Shown here: positions 63,119 through 64,000 of the stretch, in pieces | Layout of the letters: every line of letters starts with the position of its first letter | Position numbering within the stretch: the first letter of the stretch is position 1 | Assembly (NCBI GenBank): GCA_963842525.1 | Contig: CAWJGT010000009.1 | Location: 768,001 to 832,000 of the forward strand | DNA length: 64,000 nt | From: an uncultured Holophagales bacterium | GTDB lineage: Bacteria; Acidobacteriota; Thermoanaerobaculia; Multivoradales; UBA5704 | Reading direction: 5' to 3' | Notes under the pieces: generated by a model | What the model saw: the letters and a program-made list of their open reading frames with translations, nothing else | Database searches by the model: none | What the model was told of the DNA's origin: nothing | Made by a program: the position numbers and the translations under genes

Positions 63119-64000
63119 ACAGCCGAATGTCCGGACGACGTGCCTTTATCCTTGCGGTCTCGGTCCCCCTCCTCTCGCTCTCCTGCCAGCAGGTGCGGAT
63201 GATCGATCTCACCGGCGGTACCTATCTGAAGATCCAGTACAACGAGACAAGGCCGACCATGGCTCTCTTGACCACATCGGATCAGCCGTCCCTCAAGCAG
63301 GAGCGAATCGTCTCGGCCATCAGTACCTATCTCAGCCGCTGGTCCGAAAGCGAGAGCATCGAAGCACATGGCAGTATCATCGAGTTCTCGACCGTCTCCC
63401 AAGACAGGCGTCTCTCCCAGGCCTTCTCCGAAGAAGACATCCTGCAGTTTGTCATTGTTCCAGCGGCTCCAGGACCCGCCGCACCACCACCCATCGCTGA
63501 CCCTATCCTCGTTCCCTCCGATACGTGCACGTATGCTCTCGATGATGAGTGCGACGAACCGCGCCTCTGCTCTGCGGGTACCGACGCAACAGATTGTGGC
63601 AGCATTCAATCTTACACCGAGCAGATTGATGACAGTTGCACCTATGCAAACGATAGTGTCTGTGACGAACCAGCCCCCTGCCAGGTGGGAACCGATTCCA
63701 CAGATTGCAGAGAGACCATCCGTACGTCAGTCTCCCTTCCGACCTTCGAAATAGTGGTCATCCCGTTCTCTTGGATTCACAGCGTCAGAACCTCCGGGAA
63801 AGGCGATCTGACGCTCACCATCGAGGATGAGTTGAGGGAAAAGCTCGAGACAATCCTGAATGTGGATCCCGAAGCAGTTTTGCAGGTCCATCAGGACGGC
63901 ACCATTCTGGCCAGTGGACTTCTCAGAAACTACTACCAGCGCGGCTCTTTGCGTCTCCCGGCCGACGATCTGGACCTGCTGCCGTTCGTTGGAGAAGCGA
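63115..64000 (+). CDS. Lipoprotein with two Cys-rich repeats, partial (runs off the right edge)
   Basis: Not in the ORF track. ATGA overlap with CHAT; LLSLSC lipobox-like; DTCTYALDDECDEPRLCSAGTDATDC and DSCTYANDSVCDEPAPCQVGTDSTDC. Confidence 0.8.
   Translation, partial: MNSRMSGRRAFILAVSVPLLSLSCQQVRMIDLTGGTYLKIQYNETRPTMALLTTSDQPSLKQERIVSAISTYLSRWSESESIEAHGSIIEFSTVSQDRRLSQAFSEEDILQFVIVPAAPGPAAPPPIADPILVPSDTCTYALDDECDEPRLCSAGTDATDCGSIQSYTEQIDDSCTYANDSVCDEPAPCQVGTDSTDCRETIRTSVSLPTFEIVVIPFSWIHSVRTSGKGDLTLTIEDELREKLETILNVDPEAVLQVHQDGTILASGLLRNYYQRGSLRLPADDLDLLPFVGEA

Overview
High-GC bacterial chromosomal window. Gene content and order suggest Acidobacteriota, possibly Thermoanaerobaculia (inference only). 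A housekeeping backbone (ndk, sucCD, EnvC/S41/YibQ cell-envelope genes, prolyl oligopeptidase, prenyl synthase, RsbW/RsbV-like pair, gcdH, glpX, dcd, lon) is interrupted by accessory blocks. (1) An ~13.7 kb island (8.9-22.6 kb) carries a LecA/PA-IL-like lectin fused to an animal-type protein-arginine deiminase, a free lectin paralogue, a secreted Cys-rich protein with a Hedgehog-like non-splicing Hint domain (bracketed by a 47-bp direct repeat), a KP-43-type subtilase, a GT71-like mannosyltransferase, a TPR-GT9 glycosyltransferase and two methyltransferase genes; six copies of an unnamed ~80-aa domain are shared between the GT71 and one methyltransferase. This is the best candidate for an undescribed system. 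(2) An LRR lipoprotein plus pentapeptide-repeat membrane protein lie next to a decayed STAND/NLR remnant. (3) A tyrosinase-HEAT-SCO operon. (4) A nested mobile-element stack (53.9-62.3 kb): an IS21 abuts an IS110-family remnant; a group II intron sits in that remnant's structured non-coding end (candidate bridge/seek RNA; EBS1/EBS2 match the flank); and a 3.4-kb four-gene DDE/ExeA transposon with a 5-bp target duplication sits inside the intron RT gene. A CHAT protease and a Cys-repeat lipoprotein follow. About six single-base frameshifts in otherwise intact genes probably reflect assembly indels. No rRNA, tRNA or CRISPR array was seen. All family calls come from motifs read by eye; no database search was run.
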